From positions 1-62,656 of IMG/VR virus record IMGVR_UViG_3300025141_013570: DNA of 62,656 bases. The stretch is one strand, 5' to 3'. A program made the translations under genes and the position numbers. How positions within the stretch are numbered: position 1 is the stretch's first letter; the number at the start of each line of letters is the position of its first letter. Below are positions 46,033 to 55,039 of this stretch, piece after piece. The stretch is from a virus. Lineage: Duplodnaviria > Caudoviricetes. The notes beneath the pieces were generated by a model. That model had not been told where the DNA came from and did not search any database. It worked only from the letters and a program-made list of their open reading frames with translations.

Positions 46033-46833
46033 CTATTTTATAGCCCTCCATGCAACCTCGGGGTTTGGGTTCACCGAGCCGGGAACATCGAACCCAGTAG
46101 TATACGCTCGGCTTGCATAAGAGGGTGCTTTCTCTAGTGTCGGCTTTACACGAATATTTATAACATCACGATATCCTTCTACAATTGAGTTTGCGCGATG
46201 GATAGCGTCGTTAGAGAACGAGTACGTTTCTCCTATCTTTCCCGTCACCTTTTGAGGTGCGCAGCCTTGTTGGACGAGTTCTTGTAGCTGCCCCTCAGTA
46301 AGCCTGGAACCATTCGGTGCTGCTAACCACATTTTTGTACCTCTGCGCGAGGGTGGGAAGATAATGCCGCGTCCGTGGGGGTTGGTCATATATTCAAATG
46401 GGGAGTTTAATTCAGTGACGTCAGTTAAGTAAATAATATTTTTGACTATTTCTGCCGGGTTGTTATCATAGTGCCACAGATAAGAGGATTTAGGCGCCTC
46501 CAGCTTGGCAGTACGATAGATATAAATTTTGTCCACATATAAATGACATCCAAAGCGTTTTTCTTCAAGATAAGGAACCAGAGCGTCACAGATCGTATGA
46601 ATCTCGTCTGCATATTTCCATAAATTTATATGCTTGGTCATGACAGGATCGGCCGGCATTAAGTCAAAATCTTTTTTCACACCTGCAGACAAGGAGAGAA
46701 CATTCTCTATATAGGATTTGTCAAAGCTTTCTATAGGAATGCGTACTACTGGATCTTCGTATATAGTCTCTACCGGTGGGGCCGGGTGGGGCCACACATC
46801 GCGGCATAAAAGATAGTAATCAGAATAGTTCAT
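46033..46833 (-). CDS. 2OG-Fe(II) dioxygenase-like protein
   Basis: WHYD...IIYLTDV...PFEY...IHRA....R. Confidence 0.75.
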   Translation of the reverse strand: MNYSDYYLLCRDVWPHPAPPVETIYEDPVVRIPIESFDKSYIENVLSLSAGVKKDFDLMPADPVMTKHINLWKYADEIHTICDALVPYLEEKRFGCHLYVDKIYIYRTAKLEAPKSSYLWHYDNNPAEIVKNIIYLTDVTELNSPFEYMTNPHGRGIIFPPSRRGTKMWLAAPNGSRLTEGQLQELVQQGCAPQKVTGKIGETYSFSNDAIHRANSIVEGYRDVINIRVKPTLEKAPSYASRAYTTGFDVPGSVNPNPEVAWRAIK

Positions 46834-48125
46834 TTAATCTTATGCGCATAGCAAACAAAATTGGCTCTATAGCCACTAGAATAGGCGTCGTAAACATTCA
46901 CAAGCCTTACTTTATTAAAGTGCTTTGAAAGTATTTTATAGATCTCTTCCAAACTAATTAGCATAGTAGGATGATTAACGGGCGTTTCAAATGCAAAATA
47001 ATTACACTTGGACGCTATATTAGACAACGTCTTATCCGCGCCCTTGAGGTCATTATAAATTTGATGTAATACCGATGCCGCAATGATTAACTCATACTTC
47101 TCTGCGGTGTTCTCTAAAAATTCTACGGCATCCTGTTCCAGAAACGTAACATTGTCATACTGCAATATTTCTTTAATATCCGCGGCAGCTTCGAGGTCTT
47201 GTTTTGTAATTTCTAGGCCCGTAACTTCCGAGGCGCCATGGATGGCTGCTTGAAAACTAAAGAACCCCTGATTTGATCCGAGATCGAGAACTTTCTTGCC
47301 TGCAACCTTGTTGAGAGGAGCAAATGGAAGCTTGCGATACGAATCATACAAATCCGTAGCTGATGCATATCCTTCAAAAACCGCTCCATTGTCAAATACG
47401 AATCCTTGATAGATTCTTCCCTTCCACTTTTGCCCTCCGACGGAATCAAGATTGTCTGCATAACGTTGAATCATGGCTTTATAAGTGTTGTTAAGGTCTT
47501 CCACGGAGCGGCCGTTTGATTTAAAAAGATACCTCTCCGGAAACTCTCGAAACCGATGAAAGTCGACGACTCTACCATTAATAATATTGCACGGCTTGTG
47601 CCATTCATCTTCGGGGAGCAATTGATAATTATTTAGATCGCGAATACATCGCTGAAGATGGAATGTGGCCGCTGGCAGCTGCTTTTCTATAAAGGCCTTG
47701 TCGCCCGGGGGAAGATACGAGTCTTGAAATCCGACTTTCCCGCTAGTTGTGGCCGTAATATTCTCGACACAAGCCATAACAAAACTTTCCTCATCCGCCT
47801 GGACCAGTTCTGCCCACTTAATCCCTGGAAACATTAAAGATTGGTGCCCAGCAATTTTGCGCACCGATACTAACGTCTCTTCTAGGCTGTGGTATTTGCT
47901 GTTGTCTTTAATAATCTTAAAGCCGTATTCCCCACAGGGCAGCCACACAGCATCATCTCCATACGTTCCGGTGCCGGAGTAAGACTCCTTATCAATCGTT
48001 ACGTCAAAATCCAATACTTTAGGGTTGTCTGCCGCGGCGAGTGAAGATATCTTGACAGATTTCCCTTCTTTCCGAATGGTGATATTAAGGCTCTTAAAGT
48101 TATCACCGTTCTCTATACTATACAT
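46830..48125 (-). CDS. Kinase-like domain fused to class I SAM methyltransferase
   Basis: N-terminal GTGTYG loop, GFKII, KPCNI...VVDF. C-terminal KVLDLGSNQGFFS...VTGLE...SVLH. Confidence 0.75.
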   Translation of the reverse strand: MYSIENGDNFKSLNITIRKEGKSVKISSLAAADNPKVLDFDVTIDKESYSGTGTYGDDAVWLPCGEYGFKIIKDNSKYHSLEETLVSVRKIAGHQSLMFPGIKWAELVQADEESFVMACVENITATTSGKVGFQDSYLPPGDKAFIEKQLPAATFHLQRCIRDLNNYQLLPEDEWHKPCNIINGRVVDFHRFREFPERYLFKSNGRSVEDLNNTYKAMIQRYADNLDSVGGQKWKGRIYQGFVFDNGAVFEGYASATDLYDSYRKLPFAPLNKVAGKKVLDLGSNQGFFSFQAAIHGASEVTGLEITKQDLEAAADIKEILQYDNVTFLEQDAVEFLENTAEKYELIIAASVLHQIYNDLKGADKTLSNIASKCNYFAFETPVNHPTMLISLEEIYKILSKHFNKVRLVNVYDAYSSGYRANFVCYAHKIK

Positions 48126-49598
48126 CTAATTTTCTTCCTGTAGGGTTATCTTGACTTTTCTTTCTGTCAGTGGTAGGGTATTGATTCTAACGTCTTCATA
48201 AACCGAATCGCCCGGAATATGTGTCGTGGAAATCTCTTCTATTACACAACCAGAATCGCTTGCAAAACCGTGTTTAACACCGCGGTTAATAAGAATCGGA
48301 TCGCCCTTTTTCATCCTCACTGCTTTGCCGTTGAGAGTAAGAACACAGTCCCCGTGCAGCAGTTCGAACGCCTCCTCTTTTTTAATGTGGTGATGAACAG
48401 GGTGGGTTTGTCCGGGGAGTACAACAATAAGCTTTTTGCAATATTCGCGGTTTACCTTATCAATAATGAGGGCGCCCACTTTGCTGAAACTTTCCAGACC
48501 ATAGTGAGCAGATATCTCCACTGGCTCCTTCCCCGAAAGGGGAATCCGGGCGGTCCTTAAGGCCTCTAGAGTTTCCGCCACAACTCTCTGGATTATGGAC
48601 TCATCTTGTTGAGTCCGTGCAGAGGCACACAAAAGCGGCCTTCCCGCCGTGATGCTGGTGGTCGCGACCATCTCCAGCAGTTCGGGAATAGAGGATACAT
48701 TAAATTGCGCCTCTTGACAGGGCATTGCATAATAAAAGTCATCAGCTGTGAATGAGTGGCCCGGGAGAACTGTCTCTTTGAGATAGACCCCGCGTTTGAG
48801 GGCCCCTAGCGACGCCACTTCAGTTTCGGATGTGCCATACAGGGCGGCGACTGTTCGTTGTACGCTTTGAATGGCTTCTTTCATTTGGGCCGGGGTATTG
48901 GAATAAGCGTTAAGGGAAATTTCCTCTGTGGGGACTCCCACGTGCTTTTCTAAAATTGTACAACCCATCGCTACAGCCTCAGGCGCCAAGGAGCGCTCGT
49001 TAGGAGACTCATGAGTAGAGAAGCCAATTTCAATATCCGGAAATTCTTCTTTCATCAACCGAATACGATTAAGATTAGAGGCTTCCACAGGCGTGGGATA
49101 TTCTCCGACACAGTGCATAAACGCAAAATCGCGTTGATTGTGCTTGAATAATTCATAAACTTTACGAAGTGTGCCGATGCTGGCGCCCCCAGTAGAAATG
49201 ATAATCTTTTTGTTTATCTTACAAATGGCATTTAGAAGCGGCCAATCATCAATTGAGCAGCTCGCTACTTTAATAACTGCTACATCTAGGTCCTCAAGCC
49301 AAGGAAGGGACTCATTATCAAAAGGAGTAGCTATAGTAGTAAGGCCATGGCTTCGTATATGATCAAGAATCTCTCTGAATTCTTCTTTAGTCAGTCTGGT
49401 GGATCTAAATCGTTTAACAAACTTTAGGTCCGAGTCCTTAAAGTCATCATGTATAAAGGTATCCAGCTGGCGAAATTGAAGCTTGATAGCTGCATTGACC
49501 CCTGTTTCTTTTGCTACTGTAGCAAACTCTTCAATAATTCTTTTGGCATGGGGCACCGACCCTTGATGATTGTTTGCCATCTCAAATATGTAAAGCAT
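48126..49598 (-). CDS. NeuB-family (nonulosonate) synthase with SAF and C-terminal cupin (D-lyxose isomerase-like) domains
   Basis: EMANNHQG, TPFD, KVAS, ISTGG, HCVGEYPT, GFSTHE, LEKH; C-terminal NREYCKKLIVVLPGQTHPVHHH.KKEE.F. Confidence 0.9.
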   Translation of the reverse strand: MLYIFEMANNHQGSVPHAKRIIEEFATVAKETGVNAAIKLQFRQLDTFIHDDFKDSDLKFVKRFRSTRLTKEEFREILDHIRSHGLTTIATPFDNESLPWLEDLDVAVIKVASCSIDDWPLLNAICKINKKIIISTGGASIGTLRKVYELFKHNQRDFAFMHCVGEYPTPVEASNLNRIRLMKEEFPDIEIGFSTHESPNERSLAPEAVAMGCTILEKHVGVPTEEISLNAYSNTPAQMKEAIQSVQRTVAALYGTSETEVASLGALKRGVYLKETVLPGHSFTADDFYYAMPCQEAQFNVSSIPELLEMVATTSITAGRPLLCASARTQQDESIIQRVVAETLEALRTARIPLSGKEPVEISAHYGLESFSKVGALIIDKVNREYCKKLIVVLPGQTHPVHHHIKKEEAFELLHGDCVLTLNGKAVRMKKGDPILINRGVKHGFASDSGCVIEEISTTHIPGDSVYEDVRINTLPLTERKVKITLQEEN

Positions 49599-50287
49599 TA
49601 TCTAACTCCTTGTCTGTATAGGTTTTCATAGTACTCAAACTGCCACTCATAATCAATATCGAAAACTTCTCTTTCGGCCATGGGATATAGTTGAATATCT
49701 CCTGGTTTCATAAAATCACCCATCCAAGTTCCTTCGCCAATCTTGTCCAGCCTGCCGGCATAAAGACAGTGTGCGCCCTCATAAGTGGTATCCACAAATT
49801 TCGTATTCATCACAGCCTGACCTTCTGGCCACGGAGTTTGGAGCCTCATTTCAGAGTCCCAATAATAATTTTTCTTATCTATAACCCCGAAAAGACCGTC
49901 GGCACTGCTTTCTGCATAAAATTCAACAAATTTTTCAATCGTTTCCAGCTTAAGAAAAGGAGCACACGCGTTCACTAGAACACAATATTTAAAAGGGATT
50001 TTATCCCACCACTCATACATAAGAGTCATGGGGGTGCCTTCTGAATTTGCTGACTTTTCGGACCGTCGATATATTTGAACCGGATATTTTGAGCACACCT
50101 CGATCAAGTCTTTTTCGTAAACAGATGCATAAATGTTTTCTAGAGGAATTTTAGTACTTTGGGATATTTTTTCGAGATAGATATCCATTAGTGTTGTGCC
50201 GGCAAAAGGGCGTAGCATCTTCTGCGGCACACGTTGTGAGCCTAGGCGCGCCTGTACAATTACTGCAATTTCGTCTAGGTCTTTCAA
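49598..50287 (-). CDS. Acylneuraminate cytidylyltransferase (NeuA-like CMP-synthetase)
   Basis: QARLGSQRVPQKM, NACAPFL, FDIDYEWQF. Confidence 0.88.
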   Translation of the reverse strand: MKDLDEIAVIVQARLGSQRVPQKMLRPFAGTTLMDIYLEKISQSTKIPLENIYASVYEKDLIEVCSKYPVQIYRRSEKSANSEGTPMTLMYEWWDKIPFKYCVLVNACAPFLKLETIEKFVEFYAESSADGLFGVIDKKNYYWDSEMRLQTPWPEGQAVMNTKFVDTTYEGAHCLYAGRLDKIGEGTWMGDFMKPGDIQLYPMAEREVFDIDYEWQFEYYENLYRQGVR

Positions 50288-51258
50288 TCGGTATATCCTC
50301 GCGTCACAAACTCTTTAAATCCCGCTAGTTGACAAACGCTCTCTGTTTCTGCAAGATTTGTAAAGGCGGTGTTTTTTAGTCTATTAGAGTTTAGCACATA
50401 GTCCCACATTATTAAACCTAAATGGTCCCACTTATGGTGTACATAATAATGTGGTTTGGATGTGCGCTTCTTCTCTTCGAATGTATGCATCTCATCCTTG
50501 CCCTCTTCAAGAGGCCACCCATCTAGTCCCATAAAGGCTACTTCTTTTGCGCCCAGAAGGCCAGCTAACACAGTTTGACGAGAAGTATAACCAAGTCGCG
50601 AGAAGTAGCGTGTCATGTATAAAAATACCTCTGTTTCATTTTCGGAGGCAAACTTATTCATGTCTGTAATTCTCCCCGGGGAGCCATGTTCGAAGCCCAC
50701 CAGGGGCCTGTGCTGCCTCACATATGACTGTAACTTGGGATCTGACAGATCGACCTCTTCGCCTAAAAAGATAAGGTCGAATTTTGTTTGAGATAACTTT
50801 TCATTAAGATAAAAATGATTGCAAGTCATCAAATAATCGTAAGTGTCTCCTCGCTTCTCAAGTTCGCTAGCGTAGATTTTGCTTGAAGTGCCCCCTCCCA
50901 CAACCAAAACACGAGAATCTTTAAACTTATGGAGACTATTATCGGTTGTATAAAGAACCTCCTCATCTAGATGGAGATCTCCATACCTTTTTTCATCTCC
51001 AAAGAGGGCCCCAAATAGTTGATGTGCGCCGCGGAGCCAGTCCTCTGCTGTTAAGTGAAAGTTATACCACCCACTCATATTAAAATTTCCCGGGTCAGGA
51101 TTCTCACGCTCTCTCTTGTTACTATATCCAAATGTTTCTTGGCGCGTGACGTCATACCACACGTGATCTACTTCGGCATGAGTTTCTACGTAATCACGGA
51201 CAGATGCACTAAAGCCATCGAGGAACTCGGCCTCGTTAATGATTTTTATATATCTCAT
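50284..51258 (-). CDS. Maf/DUF115- or GT42-like putative nonulosonate transferase
   Basis: VLVVGGGTS, MTCNHFY, LLGAKEVAFMGLDG: sialyltransferase-type motifs; next to NeuA. Confidence 0.6.
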   Translation of the reverse strand: MRYIKIINEAEFLDGFSASVRDYVETHAEVDHVWYDVTRQETFGYSNKRERENPDPGNFNMSGWYNFHLTAEDWLRGAHQLFGALFGDEKRYGDLHLDEEVLYTTDNSLHKFKDSRVLVVGGGTSSKIYASELEKRGDTYDYLMTCNHFYLNEKLSQTKFDLIFLGEEVDLSDPKLQSYVRQHRPLVGFEHGSPGRITDMNKFASENETEVFLYMTRYFSRLGYTSRQTVLAGLLGAKEVAFMGLDGWPLEEGKDEMHTFEEKKRTSKPHYYVHHKWDHLGLIMWDYVLNSNRLKNTAFTNLAETESVCQLAGFKEFVTRGYTD

Positions 51259-52107
51259 TTACCTTTTGGCTGTCATAATGAATCGAGTAGACTGATGCGT
51301 TCGTCTCATCACAAACTCCTTGAATCCTTCGGCTTCTAAAAACGCATGTATATAAGCAGGATTTGGTGCATACCACGTAGTATAATCTCCGTCGACCTCA
51401 TCTTTTGGATAATAGGTGAGCATCGGCTGACCGGTCATAAATGGATCGAGCTGAAGAGTTCCATCCTCGTTTTGCTGGTGAGGAGCGCCCATCAGTAAAG
51501 AACGATACTCCGAATTAATGGTTTCTATCACAATTGTATCACTCACCACATCACACACGTTTTTCAAAATTTGTATAGGATTAACCAGGTGATAGAAAAC
51601 TCCCAAAAAGAGGCCCACCTCCCAAGTACCTACAGTTTCTGGTGTTAAATCTTCGAGAGGTACCACGCTGTCTTCTACTTTGGACTCTAGAATTTCCCGA
51701 GCGAGATTAAATCCCTGTTGACCAGACCAACGATCGTCCAGAGTCCACCTGTAGGGGTCAACCGCTAATACTTTTTTAGCTCCCTGCTTCTCTGCATGAA
51801 ATGAAAAGAATCCATCACACGCCCCCACATCAATAACAGTTTTGCCTTCGAATAAATCATGAGGCCACTCAAATTCCCGGAGATCCTGGGCCGTGTCTTT
51901 AGTGCCCGGAGTTATCTGTCCATTGGGAAGAGGAATACAGTGGCGCCAGGAGAGTTCATTCACTCGCGGATCATGGTCTGGATGTATAAGAGATGCGCCT
52001 GCCAAACTAAACGATGAATCTTCAGAGGCTTTTCGGGTTGGGGGGGAGGCGATTCTCTCTGTGTTCAAAAAACTTTTTTCTGCCCACTCTTTTTCTCTTT
52101 TGTCCAT
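51259..52107 (-). CDS. Class I SAM methyltransferase (DUF1698/CmoB-like)
   Basis: VIDVGACDGFFSF...GAKKVLAVD...LGVFYHL.NP. Confidence 0.85.
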   Translation of the reverse strand: MDKREKEWAEKSFLNTERIASPPTRKASEDSSFSLAGASLIHPDHDPRVNELSWRHCIPLPNGQITPGTKDTAQDLREFEWPHDLFEGKTVIDVGACDGFFSFHAEKQGAKKVLAVDPYRWTLDDRWSGQQGFNLAREILESKVEDSVVPLEDLTPETVGTWEVGLFLGVFYHLVNPIQILKNVCDVVSDTIVIETINSEYRSLLMGAPHQQNEDGTLQLDPFMTGQPMLTYYPKDEVDGDYTTWYAPNPAYIHAFLEAEGFKEFVMRRTHQSTRFIMTAKR

Positions 52108-52109
52108 GA

Positions 52110-52943
52110 TTAATATCCTCTCAATTTTTTACGGGAAGCTAATTCTCCCTCTGTAACTTTTTTAATGCCGTCACCATGAGCGGTCTCTAGCTCTCTGACG
52201 CCTTTTACAAGTTTAATAAGTCCCTGCGGCTCGACTGATGCCAAATGGTCGGAACCCCACATCGTACGATCTAAAGTAATGTGCCTCTCCAGAATAGTGG
52301 CCCCCAAATACACACTAGCTACGGTGGTTCCTAGACGAAACTCATGACCACTATACCCCACTTCACAATCATAGCGCTCTTTGAGCGTCTGAATGCAGGA
52401 AAGATTGAGGTCCTCTAAGGGCGCCGGGTATGCTGAATTACAATGTAGAAGAGCAAATTCTGCACCTTCCTCCCCCATCCATTGGACAGCCTGATCGGTT
52501 TCTTCCAGGGTGCTCATGCCTGCCGAGAAAATTACCTTTATTCCCATTTTGGCGCTAGCGCGCATCAACGTTTCGTTGGTAATCATAGCTGAGGGGATTT
52601 TTATAAAGGGCAATGTATACTGCCGCAGAAATTCTAAACTGTCCATATCCCAAGGGCTAGCTGACCAAGCAATACCTTTGTCGCGACAGTATTCATCAAT
52701 TTCGTCATATTCTTCTTTATTAAACTCCATACGATATTTGTATTCGATATAGGGCATCGTGCCCCACGGGGTCTCCCTAGAGAGACCTTTTTGGTGCTCC
52801 GGGACACATACGTCGGGATTTCGTTTCTGAAACTTTACTGCGTCGCAGCCGGCTACTGCTGCGATATCAATGAGTTTTTTGGCAACAGCAAGGGAGCCAT
52901 TGTGGTTTATTCCTATTTCGGCAATAATATAAGTGGGAGTCAT
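52110..52943 (-). CDS. neuB: NeuB-family nonulosonate synthase (short form, no SAF domain)
   Basis: IIAEIGINHNG, DAVKFQKR, LHCNSAYP, GYSGHE, ERHITLDR..WGSDH.AS. Confidence 0.92.
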   Translation of the reverse strand: MTPTYIIAEIGINHNGSLAVAKKLIDIAAVAGCDAVKFQKRNPDVCVPEHQKGLSRETPWGTMPYIEYKYRMEFNKEEYDEIDEYCRDKGIAWSASPWDMDSLEFLRQYTLPFIKIPSAMITNETLMRASAKMGIKVIFSAGMSTLEETDQAVQWMGEEGAEFALLHCNSAYPAPLEDLNLSCIQTLKERYDCEVGYSGHEFRLGTTVASVYLGATILERHITLDRTMWGSDHLASVEPQGLIKLVKGVRELETAHGDGIKKVTEGELASRKKLRGY

Positions 52944-55039
52944 ACGATCTTCTTTCTTCTCACACTCTTATGGACGTAGGATGCGTCTGTCGCGACATAA
53001 AGATCGATATCGTTACCCGCGAGCCACTTGTCAAGGTACTGGCTTGCCTCAATTTTCTTGGCAATTTCTCCTGGGTCCATATGGTCCGACGGTCTTAAAA
53101 TTTTACTTTCGGTCTCGCTGCTGTCGCCGAGGGGAGCAACGTCCCCATCATAATAGTGATGCGAGGTTGTGGTGCCCGGGGCCTCAAAGTCCCAACCAAC
53201 TGTGTGAACCTCCGAGACTCCGAGGTGTTCGGCCATATAGAATACCGACTCATACATAATGCCCGGGCCCCATGGTCGGTTAACGCTTTTATCTAGGGTC
53301 CAATCATTAAAGTTTCTTTTGCCTGCCAGAGAGGTGTCGATCGACCGTGAATCGTTTACTACCTTTACGAAGATGTCCAATTCCTGATCATCCCATGCCT
53401 GGTCTCGCGTCCAAGGAAGAGTCTCTCCCGAACTCCCTACCGAGATAAGAGGCTTCCCATCGGCGGGTCCAAATGGAGTGAAGTTGCATGAATTGAAAAA
53501 GTGAAAATCAGCGATGTCGCGGAATTCTTCATAGGCCTGCTTTACTGTAAAAACGAGCTTATCCTTGAGCTTTTCTTTAAGCTGATCAGCTTCATATTCG
53601 CTTAAGGACGGCCCACACGTCAGAATATAACACTCCTCACCCTTGAAAGCATCCTTCAGGAGATCCAAGCGATCGCGAGGGTGGTCAAATTGAGCAAAAC
53701 TCTCTTTCAGAAAGTGCAACCTTTCATCAATACTTAAGCTAGTATCTACAGTGGTGCCGGTGATACCCTGTGGTTTTAGCGACGTAGCCTCTTCCAAAAC
53801 CGCGTCGATCATCTTCTTGCCAATAGTAATTTTATCATACCCAATTGTATTAAGATGTGCGCGGCCGGCAGTGCCCCTGTTTTTCAGAGTACCCTCTTTC
53901 CAAAGATTATAGGCCTCTCGAAATTTTTCACGTGCTGATATGGTGTGTGGCTCGTACCAATTCATATCGCATGTATACTCCGGCTTATAAATGTATGGGC
54001 TCCAATGGCCCTCTACAAAGAACGCCGCATCAGGGTGGATATAATCGATATGACCTCCGGTGTCTGGTACCAACACAGGAGTCCCATGCAGTAGTGACTC
54101 TGCTATTGGAAGACCAAATCCTTCTCCGCGGGTCAAAAGAGCGAACAGGTCGGCCCTCTCAAAAATGGCTGAAATTTCAGGATATGGGACCACATTAGGA
54201 ATTAATAATATGCTGGCCTTGGGTTTCACCCCGCCTTCTAAAAACACTGATTGCTTATACTTTACGACCTCTTGTGCAATTTGTTGAGCTTGTTCCTCTG
54301 GGGATTGAGGATAATTGAACATCAGAACTCCATAGGTCTTGATGATAAGCACCGCATCTTCTTGGTCTCCGAATTCCATACAGAATGCTTGAATTAGTTT
54401 GTCAAATCCTTTACGGTTTTGCCACTGGGACATGGCAAAAACAACAAATTTATCCTCTAAACCATCTAAAAGAGGCAGAGGCACCGGCTGGACTATCGAC
54501 TCATCAAGAGTGTGGGGAATCAGATAACAAGGCCGATCGCCGATCTGTTTAGAAAATACTTCCTGATTCCACGAACTAGGGACTATGACAGCGCTCGTAT
54601 CGTACCTTTTATAAACCTTGTCGACCCACAAATCAGGAAGCTTATCTGCTTCCCACACAGTAACGTTAATATTTTTTGCTGCGTTTTCAATAAGCAGTTT
54701 GGCGCAGGCCCACGCAGGGTCCTTCTGCGCGTATGCATCACCAAGAGTAATCATTGGCGCTGGCTGGTGCCACAATAATATATACTCCTGCTGCGATGTG
54801 GCAAAAACCTCACCTGTTGTCTTGAACTCATATTTCTCCAGGAGCGCGTCCTCTTCGTCGGTAAGACTGTTGGTATCCTCTACCACAATGGTATGAATTC
54901 TCAAATTGATGTTAACGTCGGCACTTTGAATATAACTATCCAAGGCTTTAAGATAGCCGCGGGCGGCTACAGCATAACCACTCGAATCTCTAAACTGACT
55001 TAAGTAGACTAGGTTGAGAGCATCAGAGGAGGAGGACAT
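52940..55039 (-). CDS. GT4 glycosyltransferase fused to a C-terminal Maf/DUF115-like domain
   Basis: N-terminal SGYA, TVWE, RKGFD, TRGEGFGLPIAE. C-terminal FKGEECYILTCGPSL...HLGVSEVHTVGWD...HHY. Confidence 0.85.
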   Translation of the reverse strand: MSSSSDALNLVYLSQFRDSSGYAVAARGYLKALDSYIQSADVNINLRIHTIVVEDTNSLTDEEDALLEKYEFKTTGEVFATSQQEYILLWHQPAPMITLGDAYAQKDPAWACAKLLIENAAKNINVTVWEADKLPDLWVDKVYKRYDTSAVIVPSSWNQEVFSKQIGDRPCYLIPHTLDESIVQPVPLPLLDGLEDKFVVFAMSQWQNRKGFDKLIQAFCMEFGDQEDAVLIIKTYGVLMFNYPQSPEEQAQQIAQEVVKYKQSVFLEGGVKPKASILLIPNVVPYPEISAIFERADLFALLTRGEGFGLPIAESLLHGTPVLVPDTGGHIDYIHPDAAFFVEGHWSPYIYKPEYTCDMNWYEPHTISAREKFREAYNLWKEGTLKNRGTAGRAHLNTIGYDKITIGKKMIDAVLEEATSLKPQGITGTTVDTSLSIDERLHFLKESFAQFDHPRDRLDLLKDAFKGEECYILTCGPSLSEYEADQLKEKLKDKLVFTVKQAYEEFRDIADFHFFNSCNFTPFGPADGKPLISVGSSGETLPWTRDQAWDDQELDIFVKVVNDSRSIDTSLAGKRNFNDWTLDKSVNRPWGPGIMYESVFYMAEHLGVSEVHTVGWDFEAPGTTTSHHYYDGDVAPLGDSSETESKILRPSDHMDPGEIAKKIEASQYLDKWLAGNDIDLYVATDASYVHKSVRRKKIV

